Shown piece by piece: positions 61,261 to 64,000 of a stretch of 64,000 bases of DNA. The stretch comes from Alloascoidea hylecoeti (Eukaryota): NCBI GenBank assembly GCA_001600815.1, contig BCKZ01000028.1, positions 1 through 64,000 of the forward strand, given 5' to 3'. The position numbers and the translations under genes were made by a program. Below the pieces are notes generated by a model that was not told the DNA's origin, searched no databases, and worked only from the letters and a program-made list of their open reading frames with translations. Each line of letters starts with the position of its first letter. Within the stretch, counting starts at the first letter, position 1.

Positions 61261-63482
61261 AAGTGCGATAAACAGAAACCACATTGCTCACAATGTGAAA
61301 AGCTTGGATTCTCTCATCTTTGTATATATCTTAACAATCAAAAGAAATAAACGTTGATGAAGCAAAAATGTATCTAAATCCGTTAGAAATAGAATTATAT
61401 GCGCAAAACGCATTACTTAGGAATTAGATTGAGAGGACGAGAAAGCAGTTACTACGTGTGAAATGGTCTAGTAAGAACAAACATCCAAATAATTTTCAGG
61501 AAACCAATGTCAAATATAGGAATTATGATAGGAATTCCGAAAAGTACGATCCTATAATGACTTTAACCGAAAGAATTAATTCTTTAAATATTGAAAAAGA
61601 TTATACTTCACATTTTGATGTCACAAGTAGATTGAGCATTATAACAAAGGATCCTATATTGACACAGATTTATTCGTCCACGAATTCCGATGTCCATAAT
61701 ACATCATCTAGTAAAAAAAGAGAAATCCGAGCCTGGCCATATTGTTGGATTACAATCGGTTTTACATCGAATAAATGAAATTATTCCTTCAGAAGATCAT
61801 TGCAATATTATTATTAAATATTATTGGTTTTATTTTGATAGTATATGGAATATCATTGATTATGAACCCTTCACTACCATATTTAAAAATATTAATTCAG
61901 TAATAATTGATGATAATGGAATTTCACGGTATATGTTTGATTTTTAGAAGCTCAATTTCAAGATATTGAGATAATTAGTCTAGCAATTTTTATGGTAATA
62001 TCAAGAATTGGATATTTATATAATGAAGAAAACAATAATAGTTGTTTAGACCCATTTTTTAGACCATTAATAGAGAATAATATTTCAATTGGACCTGAGT
62101 TTATTACGTTATCACTAAATCTTTTATCATTCATCAATACGACAACTGAATCTTTCAATCTACTACTAATACAATATTTTCTATCTCTACAGTTCTACCG
62201 CATACTCGCTCCTGAAGACGGAGATGGTGATGATGCCGAGGAGAGTGCTATTTTGTTTGGTCAAACAGTTCGTTTAGTTATTGAAATGGGTATTAATCGA
62301 GACCTTGAAATTTATGATCCAACTGGAAAAATATTTGGAAAACTTCAAATATAAATGGAGAAAGACATGGTGTTTCGTAGCTTCAGTTGATGCGATGCAA
62401 GCTTCAAACCTGGGTAGGCCCTTGCTCTTGAATAAAGATTATATGGACACAAAGCAAATACAAGAATTCCATATTCTAGATTCATCTTTTTATAAAAATA
62501 TCGCTTCATCGTCTGCAGCTTTCAATAATAAAAAAAAAATCAAGAAACTTCAGAATAGTGCTGAGATGTTCAGCTTTTTACATGATCGCAGTAAGAATAT
62601 GGGTATTGGAGTTTGCATTTGGATGAACTTAAAAGAAAAACCACTAAGGTAATCAGTTGAAAATATTATTGTCGATATACTAGAGTCATTGAAGAATAGA
62701 GTCCCGAAATTATCAGAAACATTCAAAACTTCTTCCAAAACTCCCCAAAATATTGATTTTACATTTAATGAAAATGATATATATATATTGATAAACAAAT
62801 TTCCAATACAAATTTGATTGATAATGAAAACTTTAAAATGAATGTTTTATCAAATACTCAAATGATACTACAACTAGAATTAAGATGCAATTTATTATCA
62901 CAACTTCATATTCATTTCTATTTATTATTTTTAAATAGTGATTTGAAAACAGAACCTAAAATATGCCAGCATTATCTTTCGCAAGCGGAAATCTCAGCAA
63001 GTTTATTATTTTATTGCACTCTCGGCTTCTATAATTTAACTTACACCAATTATAATGCATATCAATCAAATGATGAATATAGTTTTGGAATGGGTGTGGA
63101 GGCTAGACATTTAATATTACCTCAGATAGAGAAATATTTATATCGGCTTGTTCCATTTCTAATTTCGTTAATTGAGAAATCAGGCTAAAGAATTCCAATC
63201 TCAATTACTAATGGTATAATTAATAAGAATTCAATACCAACGGAGAATGAAAATGAAAATGAAACTGTTATTGAAAATGATAATATTATTATTAACGATA
63301 CTTTCAATCTCCCAGATGAAGTTTCAAATCTTAGCAACACTCAGGATGCATTTACAAATCAGCCCTAGTCATTTTCAATTGAAGAACTAATGGATTTATC
63401 ATGGCTACCTGATTTACACTCCGACGATTTATTATATGAAAGTCTTCGTTATGATTCCACAATGAATGATATGCTAAATTAG
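61261..63482 (+). pseudogene. Zn(II)2Cys6 transcription factor pseudogene, Mrr1/Yrr1-like
   Basis: Half cluster KCDKQKPHCSQCEKLGFSHLCIY, middle-homology motif YRILAPEDGDG..GINRD..WRKTW, acidic tail. Many frameshifts and stops. Confidence 0.8.
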
Positions 63483-64000
63483 CATTTTAACTGTTCTTGT
63501 ATAATTAATTAATTAGTGTATATGCCACTGTAAAAACAAGAGCAAAAAAAAAAAACAAAAAAAATATATGCCGAACTGGAGGTAAGCTCTCAAAAATCAA
63601 GATTTCCGAACACATCGAACGCAAAATTTTTTAATCTTGAAATCATATTTCTAGGATGCTATTCCCAGCGGGATTAGTATTTACTCAACTTCTTATTTTG
63701 TGAATATTATTGACTGGTATTTGATGCTGGCAAGTGGGATGTGTATGTTAGTTATTGTAATTGGGTAGCAGTGATACGGAACTTGATGTTGATTCCGTGT
63801 AAGTTGTTGTAATTAATTGCAATCTTTTATAATGTTGCTATAGCTTGCGTATGCTAGCTTATTATTTGTGTTGTAATAGCCCTCTGATGGGCATAGACTA
63901 TGGTTATAAGCTTGTGTATAAAATATGATATCTATTGAATGAAATGTTCTACCATTTATATTAGTTGAAGAACAAGTATGCACTGCAGTTATGCATCTGC

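Overview
Eukaryotic, very AT-rich, intron-rich budding-yeast (Saccharomycotina-like) chromosomal DNA; there are no prokaryotic features. The first ~13 kb is an accessory region: a decaying tandem array of divergent NCE102-like MARVEL genes (4 intact, 1 frameshifted, 1 internally deleted, plus an orphan promoter), a small secreted Val/Thr-rich protein and possible relics. Housekeeping genes follow: HIR1, RIO2, ARO8, CDH1, APC4, SYN8, a RING/TRAF-like E3, a bZIP factor, a LYR-like gene, MMS22-like, TYR1, HAK1, ARL1 and CQD1. The window also holds a Mutator-transposase-derived (FAR1/WRKY-GCM1-type) zinc-finger gene and an MRR1-like Zn2Cys6 pseudogene. The most striking item is a PD-(D/E)xK nuclease + protein kinase gene (Crinkler/Spok-like architecture). 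It is present in two nearly identical inverted copies (1-261 and 23338-24981), its shared 3' boundary falls at a CACTA/TAGTG motif, and one copy sits between the head-to-head APC/C genes CDH1 and APC4. It is a candidate selfish or mobile toxin-antidote element. All calls come from manual motif recognition; no searches were run.
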